Source of the DNA: Halobacteriovoraceae bacterium
Lineage (GTDB): Bacteria > Bdellovibrionota > Bacteriovoracia > Bacteriovoracales > Bacteriovoracaceae
DNA length: 64,000 nucleotides
NCBI GenBank assembly: GCA_963719505.1
Contig: CAVRCF010000001.1
Coordinates: 1-64,000, forward strand
Reading direction: 5' to 3'
Shown in pieces: positions 1-9,956 of this stretch. How positions within the stretch are numbered: position 1 is the stretch's first letter; each line of letters opens with the position of its first letter. The position numbers and the translations under genes are program-made. The notes under the pieces were generated by a model. That model saw only the letters and a list, made by a program, of their open reading frames with translations. It did no database searches and was not told the DNA's origin.

Positions 1-294
1 AAGAAAATTTAACAGATAAAAAGCATGAAAGTTTTTTCGAATATTTTTGGCTTCCCAAATAAGAGACCATTCTTTAGCGATATCCATCGCGGTAATGCCT
101 TTCTTTCTTTTCGGAGCAAAAGTCACCTTCAACATATAACCCAGCTCTAGAATGCTACCTTTTTGCTGTTTTCCTCCGCCGCGTCCGCCATAGAAATACA
201 CATCAATAACCTTTCCTGAACGCAGTAAAAGCTTGCCGATAATATCTCTATCTCGGTAATTGGTTTTGTGAATTAAAATACCTTCTAAGTTCAT
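1..294 (-). CDS. recO: DNA repair protein RecO, N-terminal part (runs off window start)
   Basis: Manual translation from ATG at 294: MNLEGILIHKTNYRDRDIIGKLLLRSGKVIDVYFYGGRGGG..., open to position 1; resembles the RecO N-terminal OB fold. Not in the ORF track because truncated. Confidence 0.65.
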   Translation of the reverse strand, partial: MNLEGILIHKTNYRDRDIIGKLLLRSGKVIDVYFYGGRGGGKQQKGSILELGYMLKVTFAPKRKKGITAMDIAKEWSLIWEAKNIRKNFHAFYLLNFL

Positions 295-1285
295 AGGGAT
301 AGATCATATTTTTTAATTTGATAAAGAGCAAATAGACAAGTGAGTTTAATTTCTCAAAAGCTCCTAAAAACTTGTAATCACAAGTGTAGATATCAAAGAC
401 TTCATCTCTTCTTCCCGCGCGACCAATCATTTGGATAAAAAAATCATAGTTTTTAACAGGATAACCAATATAGACCAGCGAAATTTTAGGAAGATTTACC
501 CCATGACTAATGGCCGTGGTACCGATGATAAAGTCTGGCTTTGGGCAATCTTGAAGCTTCAACCCAAAAATTGAGGTTTCTCCACCGACAGCACTTATAA
601 CTTCAAATCCCTCGCTTCTGAGTGACCTCTCAAGGGCATGAACTTCATTCTTATAAGCGCAGAAGATAAGTTTTGTGTAAGGAACCTTCTTGGCTTTAAT
701 CTCAGGCCAAAAAGTCTGCTTAAAAAGATGAGGCACGTAAAACCTTCTGCGAGGATTATTTTTAAGCGTGTGGTTTTTAAGGTTAATAAGATAATTAGCG
801 TCACAGTTTCTTTGACAATCATTTTTCCAGCTCTCAATAAGAGAGTCATTCATCGTCGCGCTCAAACAAAGAGTACTTGCCTGTGAGATCAAAATGTCCT
901 CAAAGCTTTCACGAAGCTTTGGCCTAAAGCTATCGCCCCAATAGCTGAAAAGATGAATTTCATCAAAGACGACGTTTAGTCTTCCATCAAACTTTTTAAG
1001 AATCTCCTCATTCAAAAGTTCAGGAGTTATAATAATAAGTTTTAAGCTTAAACCACTTTTCGCAAGTTCACGTGCTTCCTTGGCCGTCTTAATATTGAAC
1101 ACACCCGATAGATCTCGCGCTCGAAGGTAAAACTCATTGGCCAGAGCTCTAAGGGGGGCTAGATATATCCAGTACTTATCTGAGTTCTCTATTAATTCCA
1201 ATAACAAAGTCGTCTTTCCCCAACCGGTTGGAGCAATCAGGAGAATATTGGAGTGGTGTTCGAGCATCGTGTTGATTTCTTTCAT
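248..1285 (-). CDS. DEAD/DEAH-box (SF2) helicase
   Basis: APTGWGKT Walker A, PLRALA, DEIH, SAT, TTAISHGVNLP and QMIGRAGR motifs; start chosen at MKEINT (track ORF begins 1330). Confidence 0.85.
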   Translation of the reverse strand: MKEINTMLEHHSNILLIAPTGWGKTTLLLELIENSDKYWIYLAPLRALANEFYLRARDLSGVFNIKTAKEARELAKSGLSLKLIIITPELLNEEILKKFDGRLNVVFDEIHLFSYWGDSFRPKLRESFEDILISQASTLCLSATMNDSLIESWKNDCQRNCDANYLINLKNHTLKNNPRRRFYVPHLFKQTFWPEIKAKKVPYTKLIFCAYKNEVHALERSLRSEGFEVISAVGGETSIFGLKLQDCPKPDFIIGTTAISHGVNLPKISLVYIGYPVKNYDFFIQMIGRAGRRDEVFDIYTCDYKFLGAFEKLNSLVYLLFIKLKNMIYPYELRRYFNSQNQLPR

Positions 1286-1389
1286 GAAAACCCTTGTGCA
1301 AAGGACTAACCAACAAATGTCGCATTGCAAATCATTGGCAAAGAAGATAAAATCAGTTAAATCTGTATAAAAATAGTGAAGGACATATC

Positions 1390-1647
1390 ATGCTTAGAAA
1401 AATTGAAAAAGTACTCGACGATCAAATTAGACCAGCTCTTGCAAGTCACGGTGGAGATATCCAAGTTATCGATTTCGACAACTCTAAGTTATTTGTCAAA
1501 CTCACTGGTGGGTGCCAAGGATGTTCATCTTCAAAAGCAACATTGAAAGATGGAATCGAGAGACTACTGGTTGGAAAATTTCCTGACTTTATTCATGAAG
1601 TTGTTGATCTGACTGACCACGCAGCAGGTGATCAGCCTTTTATGTAA
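1390..1647 (+). CDS. NifU/NfuA C-terminal domain Fe-S scaffold protein
   Basis: IRPALASHGGD ... LTGGCQGCSSS (CxxC) TLKDGIE signature; GAAGGA RBS. Confidence 0.9.
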   Translation: MLRKIEKVLDDQIRPALASHGGDIQVIDFDNSKLFVKLTGGCQGCSSSKATLKDGIERLLVGKFPDFIHEVVDLTDHAAGDQPFM

Positions 1648-2853
1648 CTAATAAAAGCCAATCGGCTTTTCATGAGCATCAAAGATAACATTTTGCGGAG
1701 ATTTAATTTTAGACTTATGGTCTAGATATGGTCCCTTACAATTATTTTGTTGAATCTGAGACCTAAATTCCTCACCTCTATTATTAATACATGTATAGAA
1801 CATTTTATAAAGTGCCTCTAGCTCTAAACCTTTTATTTGTTTTAACGTTCCATTCTCATTAAAACTCATGACCGCTGCTGCATCTTTTAATCCTCTCGAT
1901 CTTAAAAGAAAACTCTCCATCACAAAATTAATTCTTTTGGTAGAGATTTTCAAAGGCATCGTAATGGTGCGAAGTGCGGAGTTGGTAAAACACACATCGG
2001 TAAAGTTAACAGTGGCAAGCCCCCTGTGCCAAGCTCCAATAAAAGCAAGTCTCTTGATATTTGCTCGAATCGTAATTCCATCGGTACAGACTTCTTCTCC
2101 ATTGAACGCGAAACGACTTGATTTTAAGTCTAGCTTCAAAGTTCTATCAAAAAGAAGAGAGCTATTATTTTCAATAATATAATGTTTTTTCTCTGTTGTT
2201 TTTAGCTCTTTTAAATAGTCTGAAAATGAATAAGAACTAAACTGTGATGAAGCGACAAGAGCATTCATATAACGAGTGCCAACAGACTTCGTTGCTCCAT
2301 CTTCAATCATTATTCTATACCAAGCCTCGTGTAAAATAGTCATCGCCTGATCAAGTAGAGAAAGTTGATTCCAAAGAGTAGAATTGAATTCGTACCAATT
2401 ATCACGAAGTCGAACTGGCTTTAACTGAGAAACAAGCTGTCTTAGCTCACATGCCACGGGAAGAGTTCTATGTTCTGAGTCACTAATCTCCCCAACAATG
2501 TCAGGGCTAATATAAATGACCTCACCTTTATAACTCTGTCCTGGTATTCCAAAAATTTTATAGGCTTCAAAATCATTTACCATTTCCATGGAGTAATTAT
2601 AAAGTTTCTTAGCTAGATATTTGTCTCTCGATGAAAGCCTTTTCACGGCCACACCAACATAGGCTCTCAAACTTTTGGCCTTTGCCACTTGATCTAAATC
2701 GATAGTAAAACCAAGTTTTGTGGCCTCATAAGAATCGAGTAGAGTAACTGAACCGTCGTTACACACAACCGCATCACCACCGTTTCCAGCACCTGTACTT
2801 GCAAAAGAGTGAACGCTAATTAAAAGCAAAATTGCACTAAGAGAGAGTTTCAT
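1648..2853 (-). CDS. Secreted hypothetical protein (GNGGD..VC / HExxY family)
   Basis: Signal peptide, GAGNGGDAVVC, LLDSYEA, ILHEAWY; paralogous motifs in 15106-16338. Confidence 0.75.
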   Translation of the reverse strand: MKLSLSAILLLISVHSFASTGAGNGGDAVVCNDGSVTLLDSYEATKLGFTIDLDQVAKAKSLRAYVGVAVKRLSSRDKYLAKKLYNYSMEMVNDFEAYKIFGIPGQSYKGEVIYISPDIVGEISDSEHRTLPVACELRQLVSQLKPVRLRDNWYEFNSTLWNQLSLLDQAMTILHEAWYRIMIEDGATKSVGTRYMNALVASSQFSSYSFSDYLKELKTTEKKHYIIENNSSLLFDRTLKLDLKSSRFAFNGEEVCTDGITIRANIKRLAFIGAWHRGLATVNFTDVCFTNSALRTITMPLKISTKRINFVMESFLLRSRGLKDAAAVMSFNENGTLKQIKGLELEALYKMFYTCINNRGEEFRSQIQQNNCKGPYLDHKSKIKSPQNVIFDAHEKPIGFY

Positions 2854-2946
2854 ATTAAATCCTTTGGGGTTTCTTAACGCAAAACAGTAAAGAAGGGAAG
2901 CTTACTTGTAAATTCTTCAAGAAAAACCTTCCCTAAACACTCGATT

Positions 2947-3849
2947 TTATTTAACTTTTACCTCTTCATAGATTTTTCGCCACCTCTTAAAAGCCTGCTT
3001 AGAAGCCGTACGAAGTTTCCAGTTCTTCCAATCTGTCTGGATCACTCCAGAGTTTGCTGCGGTTTTTAAATCATTTGGTCCCCAGTGGTACATACTGGCA
3101 TATTGAATATGACAAAATTCACGATCATCATTATAAGCGTCAAAGTAGCTGCTAATGTTTTCCATCTTCGCACACCTATACCCTGGAGCATTCATTTTCC
3201 CAGTGAATATTTTTTCCCAATCAGTCGCTGTTTTAGGGACTTTAGTAAACTCTCTATCCATCACAATTTTTTTACCACCCACACTCACCATGGGTGCTAC
3301 GTGATACCACCACTTATCAGAAACTTCTGTTCTAAACTTTTTTGTGTAAAAAATAAAAATTTTCATCGATTTTATTCTATGATTATCCCACATAGATTTT
3401 GACCAAATATGAGCCCGATTAAAACACTGAGAAAATCTTCGAGTTTTTGTCTCTAAACCATTAAACACTTTTGTCGCTGTCTCCATAGAGTCAAGATCCG
3501 TCGCCTCATAGTCGACCATGGGATGTGCGCCCCTTTGAGTTCCTTCGTCATTATTGTCATTTTTTGAAAGACTTAAAACTCTTACATCAATGATTCGCTC
3601 TTTTAGACCCAAAAGATCAAACTGGGCTCCTCGCTCAACTTCTAAGATAACTTCTCGGTTCGCGAACTGAGCCTCCTCTAGAAGATCCAATATCCTCGTC
3701 TGAGACTTCTCCACCTCGAAGACTCTTCCATTCCAATCCACAAGAACATCGAAAGTATTCGGATTTTTCCCGCTCTCGATGGAGATAATATTTGTTTTTA
3801 TATTTGCAAAACTTTGCAGACTTAAAAGTAATAAGATAACTATTTTCAT
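2947..3849 (-). CDS. Secreted protein-glutamine glutaminase family protein
   Basis: Signal peptide; QCFNRAH, WWYHVAP and VMDR match the Cys-His-Asp triad layout of protein glutaminase. Confidence 0.7.
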   Translation of the reverse strand: MKIVILLLLSLQSFANIKTNIISIESGKNPNTFDVLVDWNGRVFEVEKSQTRILDLLEEAQFANREVILEVERGAQFDLLGLKERIIDVRVLSLSKNDNNDEGTQRGAHPMVDYEATDLDSMETATKVFNGLETKTRRFSQCFNRAHIWSKSMWDNHRIKSMKIFIFYTKKFRTEVSDKWWYHVAPMVSVGGKKIVMDREFTKVPKTATDWEKIFTGKMNAPGYRCAKMENISSYFDAYNDDREFCHIQYASMYHWGPNDLKTAANSGVIQTDWKNWKLRTASKQAFKRWRKIYEEVKVK

Positions 3850-3868
3850 TTCCAATCCTTACTGACAT

Positions 3869-4258
3869 TTATAAACATGTATTTGACACAAGTTTAGCTG
3901 TTGATACTTTTTTATTTCTTTTTACTTTTACGATTGCCGAACAACCAAGTTCAGGAATCTGAACCTCCCACTTTGCTTTGTAGGACTGTCGACAATAGTA
4001 CTGAGGCTCATTATTTGGACCAGTACTAAAACAAGAATTTTGCTCATCAAAAAACATTCTTTCAAATAGGTTTGGATAATATTTAACAGATTTTACTTCT
4101 CCTATTTTTGCGTTAAAAACTTTTGAGATAAGTTTTTCGGTTTGTTCTAGTGAGCTTGGGGTTTTAAATTGAAGTGATTGATCGTAATCAAAGTCACAGC
4201 TGCAGGCACTTGCTTTAAAAGTCATCATTGTTGTCATTAAGATAAATAGTGTTTTCAT
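3869..4258 (-). CDS. Small secreted Cys-containing hypothetical protein
   Basis: AAGGAG RBS before ATG 4258; signal peptide ending ASA-CSC. Confidence 0.7.
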   Translation of the reverse strand: MKTLFILMTTMMTFKASACSCDFDYDQSLQFKTPSSLEQTEKLISKVFNAKIGEVKSVKYYPNLFERMFFDEQNSCFSTGPNNEPQYYCRQSYKAKWEVQIPELGCSAIVKVKRNKKVSTAKLVSNTCL

Positions 4259-4326
4259 GTTGAACTCCTTTAAGTTTTCTTGACTATAGAAAAACGAGAG
4301 GAAGTTGGCTTTTAATATGAGAACAA

Positions 4327-4349
4327 ACTGGTCTCGAATTGAGACCAGT
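4327..4349. promoter_or_regulatory. Palindrome ACTGGTCTC-N5-GAGACCAGT, candidate operator
   Basis: Perfect 9-5-9 inverted repeat in the divergent intergenic region 4259-4505. Confidence 0.5.
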
Positions 4350-4505
4350 GTGTAACATTGCCAAAACTCCTTTAAAATCAATACCTTAGTATCAAAACTG
4401 AGACTGTTAGAAAACTAACACTCCCTTGAATATATTTCAGCTCTACAGTTTCTTATCAGGAGACTTGATACCATAGACTTAATTATTAATTTTTTAGGAG
4501 CCACA

Positions 4506-5165
4506 ATGAGAAACCTTGTTCTATTAACCTTTGCCATTGCGTTTTGTTTTCAAGGAATGGCCGCTACCAATAATTTTTGCGATTCAGCTTATCAAAGTAA
4601 AATAGAAAGAATTGAAAGCAAGACTGTTCTTCGAGCTGTGGGAACTTTTGCCACCTCTGGAGCTATTGGTTATGCCGTCTTAGTTTCAGGAATTGGGTTG
4701 CCCTCTTTAGTTTTTGGGGCTGCCGGTGGAGCGGCGGGCTTTGTTACGACTTTGATGGGAAGTGCTTTGGCCCTTCCTTATATCTTAGATGATAAACGAT
4801 TAACTAATAAATTTCTTCCAGCAATAAATCTCAATAGAGAAAAAGGCTTGAGGGCTTCAATGGAGCTTTTTAAACTTCAAGAAAAATCTAAAGAAGAATT
4901 AAAAATGGAAGCCTTTGAAAGTTTCCAACAAATAAATCCAGATGTCTCTTACCAAGATTTTGTTCATGTCACTTTAATGGACGTTATGCTCAAAAAAGTG
5001 AATAAGAAAAGACAGCGTAAAGACAAAAGTAAACTTAGCTATGACCAATTAAGAGAAAAGCTTGTCGATCTGAGTAAGACAGAAGCTTTTTGTCCAATGA
5101 TTGCTGGCAAACACAGACCGAGAACGATTCTTCAGATTAAAAAAATTATCGATGAATTGAACTAA
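4506..5165 (+). CDS. Hypothetical exported/membrane protein with Gly-rich hydrophobic segment
   Basis: 219 aa, TAGGAG RBS, signal peptide, Gly/Ala-rich stretch. Confidence 0.7.
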   Translation: MRNLVLLTFAIAFCFQGMAATNNFCDSAYQSKIERIESKTVLRAVGTFATSGAIGYAVLVSGIGLPSLVFGAAGGAAGFVTTLMGSALALPYILDDKRLTNKFLPAINLNREKGLRASMELFKLQEKSKEELKMEAFESFQQINPDVSYQDFVHVTLMDVMLKKVNKKRQRKDKSKLSYDQLREKLVDLSKTEAFCPMIAGKHRPRTILQIKKIIDELN

Positions 5166-5584
5166 GAAGCTTTCCTTGAATGCCAAAAAGAAGCTAAAAT
5201 CCATATCACAGAAATGATGCTATGGGTGTATCCAACCGCGCTTATATTCTCAGTGGAAACTTGTAGAATATACCCAGAGGCAGTCATAAATATAAAAAGA
5301 AGAATGATAAAGACCCCAGATTTCTTTCTCTTGGGGTTATTTTTTTTTAGTTTTGGGTAGATATGCCTACCATAAAGATATCCAATTGATAAAACGAGAA
5401 GGGGAACGGTGATAATATGAAGGTGAAGGAGGTCTCCTGTGAGTACATGAGGTCTTTGCCCATACTCTGTCTCCACACCAAAGAGATACTTTAAAATTAA
5501 GTACCCAGCGCCAATCGTAGAGATTGTAAAATTGGATAAAATGAAAACTCTTCTTTCAAACTTTGTCATTGAGAATATTATCAA
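5162..5584 (-). CDS. Small multi-TM membrane protein with His residues
   Basis: About four hydrophobic helices with HLH, H and WH; overlaps the FMN-binding gene. Confidence 0.65.
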   Translation of the reverse strand: MIIFSMTKFERRVFILSNFTISTIGAGYLILKYLFGVETEYGQRPHVLTGDLLHLHIITVPLLVLSIGYLYGRHIYPKLKKNNPKRKKSGVFIILLFIFMTASGYILQVSTENISAVGYTHSIISVIWILASFWHSRKAS

Positions 5585-6062
5585 TCACAATATATTTCTC
5601 TACAAGTCTTTTTATTGCATTCTCAGAGATGGTCGCCCCTGTGAGGGCATCGACCTGCATCTCTTTCTTTTTATTCTTAAATTGATTAAGCCATTTCTGA
5701 GGTGGAAGATAATTCTTAGGCTCCATAAAAGAAGCAATTTTAAGTACTTTCACGTCACTGTTTTCAATTTCAATGATGACTGTCTCATTCATTGTTCGAA
5801 CGATGTGCGAATCGACATAAACAAAAGTTTTGTCACATGAATTTTTATAACGAAGAAGAAGGGGAGATACTTTAAAGTTGACCTTCTCTTTTATCTTTTT
5901 GATTTGTTCTTTCGTAAGAAAGACATTCTCTTTATCCAACTTACACTTATAATTTTCTTTCAAAAGGTCTTGATAAGTCTTGTTCTCAAAAGAGCAAAAG
6001 CCCTGAGAAAAACTCAAGGCCCATGCAATTGTTAAAATGGTAATTTTAGTAAACAAAACCAA
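5556..6062 (-). CDS. Extracytoplasmic FMN-binding (flavinylated) protein
   Basis: C-terminal VDALTGATIS matches the Dxx[ST]GAT flavinylation motif; N-terminal signal. Confidence 0.75.
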   Translation of the reverse strand: MVLFTKITILTIAWALSFSQGFCSFENKTYQDLLKENYKCKLDKENVFLTKEQIKKIKEKVNFKVSPLLLRYKNSCDKTFVYVDSHIVRTMNETVIIEIENSDVKVLKIASFMEPKNYLPPQKWLNQFKNKKKEMQVDALTGATISENAIKRLVEKYIVIDNILNDKV

Positions 6063-7257
6063 GTCCTAGGTTGAGTTCATTCACACCTGTTTCACTTGCT
6101 CGGTGCTTATATGTATAATCTGCTTTAAAAACGAGCCTATCAATAGGTTTATATGCAACACCGACAACGGTATTAATTCGATCTAACGTTGAATCACTCG
6201 CTAGATCATCACTATCGAATTCACCTCGAAGGTCGTATTCAGAAAATCTAATAAAGGGAGTGTAGAGGCTACCCTTCGTTCCTTCGATATCGTACTCAAC
6301 TGTAATATAATACCCCTCAAGAGAATCAGCAACATTATTGGTATTCACTTCATTCCAATCATCTGAGTTATCGAACATAACTTTCGTATAAAGAAAGTTC
6401 ATTCCAAACCCTCTATTTTTATAAGTCCCATGCATTTCTGCGATTGTCATCTCTAGGTTTTCGGTTCCCGTACTTGATCCTGACCCTTTTAAAACCGAGC
6501 CTCCAATCATCGACTGAGTATTAAAGTTGTACTGACCATTGAGAACAATAACTCCTGTTGAAGCTGTCTTTTTCCCCCCAGCTCCACCTTTCTTTCTACC
6601 ACCGCGAATCCCATCGCTCGGGTTTGCAGCGATGCCATCTGCATCAGGACCATTAAAAACAAAAGCGTTATAAGAGATATTACCAATTGATCCAAAGGCA
6701 CCAATACCATTTTCTCTCCAAGTTGAAGGAATAAGATATTTTTCAAGTTCTGGTCTATTCACCGAGTTAAAATAAATTGGCTCGTGAAGCTCGTTAACAA
6801 GACCCATTGGAATCAAAGAGAGACCAAAGCGCATATTAAAAGCATCACTGTGGAGATAGTCGACATACATAAACTCGGTGTAAATCTCATTGACGTGCTC
6901 AATTTCAATTTCCGTGTTAAAAATCCAGTTATCGTTGTACTTATAACCAAGATAGATAATATTTCGAAGAGCTTCAGTTTGAGGATCTCTATCAACAGAC
7001 TCACCATCCTCGTCCTCAGTAGATTTTAAATTGTATACAATTTCCCCATATCCACCAATTGATAGACCTTGAGGTATAAAATAAACCTTAGATGCCGACT
7101 GTCCTAAACCAAAAGCTGTCTGCCCCGTTCCAACATTTAACTGAGATGACTTTAATGCCGCTATCTCATCAGCTAAAATATTTACTTTCCTTTCTAATTC
7201 ATCATTTGTCGCTGCTAATGCACTCATGGCCAAAAGCAAGGATACCAAAACTCTCAT
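6046..7257 (-). CDS. Outer-membrane porin-like beta-barrel
   Basis: Signal peptide, coiled coil, SIGGYGE, EIEIEH, HEP, IPSTWRENG motifs, aromatic C-terminus (GLGFVY). Confidence 0.7.
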   Translation of the reverse strand: MRVLVSLLLAMSALAATNDELERKVNILADEIAALKSSQLNVGTGQTAFGLGQSASKVYFIPQGLSIGGYGEIVYNLKSTEDEDGESVDRDPQTEALRNIIYLGYKYNDNWIFNTEIEIEHVNEIYTEFMYVDYLHSDAFNMRFGLSLIPMGLVNELHEPIYFNSVNRPELEKYLIPSTWRENGIGAFGSIGNISYNAFVFNGPDADGIAANPSDGIRGGRKKGGAGGKKTASTGVIVLNGQYNFNTQSMIGGSVLKGSGSSTGTENLEMTIAEMHGTYKNRGFGMNFLYTKVMFDNSDDWNEVNTNNVADSLEGYYITVEYDIEGTKGSLYTPFIRFSEYDLRGEFDSDDLASDSTLDRINTVVGVAYKPIDRLVFKADYTYKHRASETGVNELNLGLGFVY

Positions 7258-7331
7258 TTCTACCTCGTTTGAATTTAATTTGTTCTAATAATAGAGTATC
7301 TGTTCGGTATGTCAAACAATAAAAAAGAAGC

Positions 7332-7361
7332 AAAAAAAACCCAAGGACAATGCCTTGGGTT
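7332..7361 (-). terminator. Rho-independent terminator
   Basis: AACCCAAGG/CCTTGGGTT hairpin with T-run on the minus strand after stop at 7384. Confidence 0.7.
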
Positions 7362-7383
7362 CGTATAATCGATGTATAAGATC

Positions 7384-9827
7384 TTATTTAACTCTGTGGT
7401 CTCTCCACTTTGTTGAGATTGAAGGCGAGAACACTTTTAAAGCTCTTAGATAATGCTTATCTAAACCTCTAATTCTTGCAGATCCTTTGTTATTAACTTT
7501 CTTAGCAAGAAGAAGCGCTAACTTATCGTACTCACCTTGTTCTGAAGAGTTGATAAATCCTCCAGCTTTTGAAGCTCTATACTCAGTTTGAAGGTCACCG
7601 ATAATTGTTTGTGAAACTTCATTTTGTCTCTTCCAAGAAATTCTTTGAGTCTCTAGAGATTTTTGAACTGACTCATCAATCTTTTTCACTAACTCAGAGA
7701 TTCTTTGAGCTCTTGAAGTTCCAGCCGTATTTTGATTTTTACCAGTGATGATTGAATCAAAGTACTTTGCATAAGCTTTACTTGCGTCTCCACGAGTAGA
7801 GATTTTAAAGTCTTGCTTATCAACAACTCTTGCATCGTTTGTTCCTAAAGTAACATAAACTGTTCCTCTGATTTCACCTTTTTTCGATAAGATCGATTGG
7901 ATCAAGTCCAGTAAAGTTAACTGGAACAGATACTGTGTCTCCCGCAGAGATTTTAAGCATATTCTTTTCCATTTGTGCGTTTGCGTTGTGAAGAACAACT
8001 CTCACTTTTGGAAGTGCAGGAGTCTCAACACTTGAAGGGTTTGTGATATCTACCTTAAGGTCGATTTGCCCATCAAGAAGTCTTACATCCGAGTTTACTC
8101 GTGCAACTTCTGTATAGTCTCTGATCATAAGACCTTCAGACTTCGTTACATTTAGTTCCCTAGAAACTTCGTTAAGAAAGCTTGGATTTTCAACGTTCAT
8201 ACTCACATTAACTTGTGATCTCAAAGGAGCATCCAAAGATATTTGCCCAATTAAAGAAGAGTTATACTGTGAGCGCTGTAGTGGAGCTGGAGTAAAAGTG
8301 TAACCAGACTGATTTCCAATCACATTTTGATTGCTGCCAATTCTCATTGTTACAGGAGCCGACACTTCACCAAGGTTTGTCACAGAGAAATCGACTTTAA
8401 CTTGTTCACCTGGGCGAAAGATATTGTCATTGTTATTTCCGATAACATCTACAGCATTAAGCTCAACCACTGGATTGTTTTCAAAAACATTTATTAAATT
8501 TGCAAAGCTATCCATATAAAGCTCTTTTGCAAGTTTGTCATATGCACTTCTAGACTCTACTTTATATTTATCATCATAAGCTTTTTTCTTTGCTAGTGAA
8601 TCAGCGACATCTTCACCGATAAACTGACCAATTGTTTTCGCATGAGCATACTTTGCAAGACCTTCTGACATGGTACTCAAGAGATGCGTACTGCTTAGCA
8701 TAGTATCTATTATAAGCTTCTTTAAAGGCTGTATTATAAATACCTTGAAGTTGATTAACTTCGGCAGTTGTAAGCTTCACTCTCTTTGTCTCTGTATTAT
8801 ATCCAGTGATTCTTTCTTCCATTTGATATTGAGGTTTCCCATCAATCACAACTTGAACACCAGCGGCATCAAGAAGTGGTACTGGACGTCCAGCAGCATC
8901 CAAAACCAGTTCAGAAACTGTGATTGGCGTTGTCACTGTAATCGTTTTTTCTAGGTTTCTAATTTGCTCATAGTTTTGATATTGAGCGATGGTTGCTTCT
9001 TCATTGTGATAGAGCTCATTTGCCCAGTCACCATTTTTCCAACCATATTGTTGAAAGTTAGCTTGCCTTCTTGCTTTGAAATAGTCCCAGATCGTCAGCT
9101 GAGGCATTCCTCGTCTTCCGAAAATAGTTTGATTAATATCACAAAGGCTTTTTGCATGTTGACCTTGTAGGTAATAAGCTTTTCTAGCTGCAAGCTTATC
9201 TTCAAAAGAAGAATTGGAGTCGATATAACCGTCGTTAATGGCACCATTAAAGTCTCCACCTTCAATATTACCATTCATGATATCGTGCTCATACCCATCA
9301 TCATATCCGTTGAAGCTTGGAATTTTTGAAAGGTCAGGAGTCTTATTAGGCAGAACTTGAATACCATTATCTCTTTGTCTTAAAACATCTCTATAGCGAC
9401 CAATAATTTCATCAGCTGATTCAGTAACCGCATTTGATGATGCACGTCCCTCACCTCTTGCAACTGCTGAGGTCATTGTCGCTTGAGCAAGGTAACTTTC
9501 CGCTTCTGCTATCATCTCTTGAGTAGGATTTTTACCAACTAAATAACCATCCCAGATACCTTGATAGAATCCATCAACACAGCCAAGATACTTACCAGCT
9601 CTTTTCGCATATTTTTCGGCCATCCATCTCGATGCACTTACACCATCACGACATACATCTCCTGAGTGCTCATTACCATCATTTTTAGTGTGGGCACAAA
9701 GTGTTCCTTGAATCTCCGCTGGAGGATCAAAGATTGTATTAAGGTCATTTACTGTCCCATTATATTCCTGGGAAAACGCAGCTGGTGAGAGTGACATAAT
9801 TGTCAGAAGCAGAAGGCTTTTTTTCAT
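7384..9827 (-). CDS. Large secreted hypothetical protein (~813 aa) split by two apparent frameshift errors
   Basis: ORFs 8613-9827, 7874-8701 and 7384-7998 join if one base is removed near 8669 and one near 7880; GAGGAG RBS, signal peptide, Ig/CARDB-like PGEQVKVDFSVTNLG segment. Confidence 0.7.
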
Positions 9828-9924
9828 GATAATCTCCTCGATTATTTTTTTTACTCTTTATAGATTTTTTCAATACTAACAGCTTGCAAAACCTCCGCCA
9901 CTCAATAGGAAGCATTTACAGGAC

Positions 9925-9943
9925 GTGTCTATTTTTTAGACAC
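9925..9943. promoter_or_regulatory. Palindrome GTGTCTA-N5-TAGACAC, candidate operator
   Basis: 7-5-7 inverted repeat ~100 bp upstream of ATG 9827; same GTCT-N7-AGAC geometry as 4327-4349. Confidence 0.45.
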
Positions 9944-9956
9944 TCTTTGATTCCTA

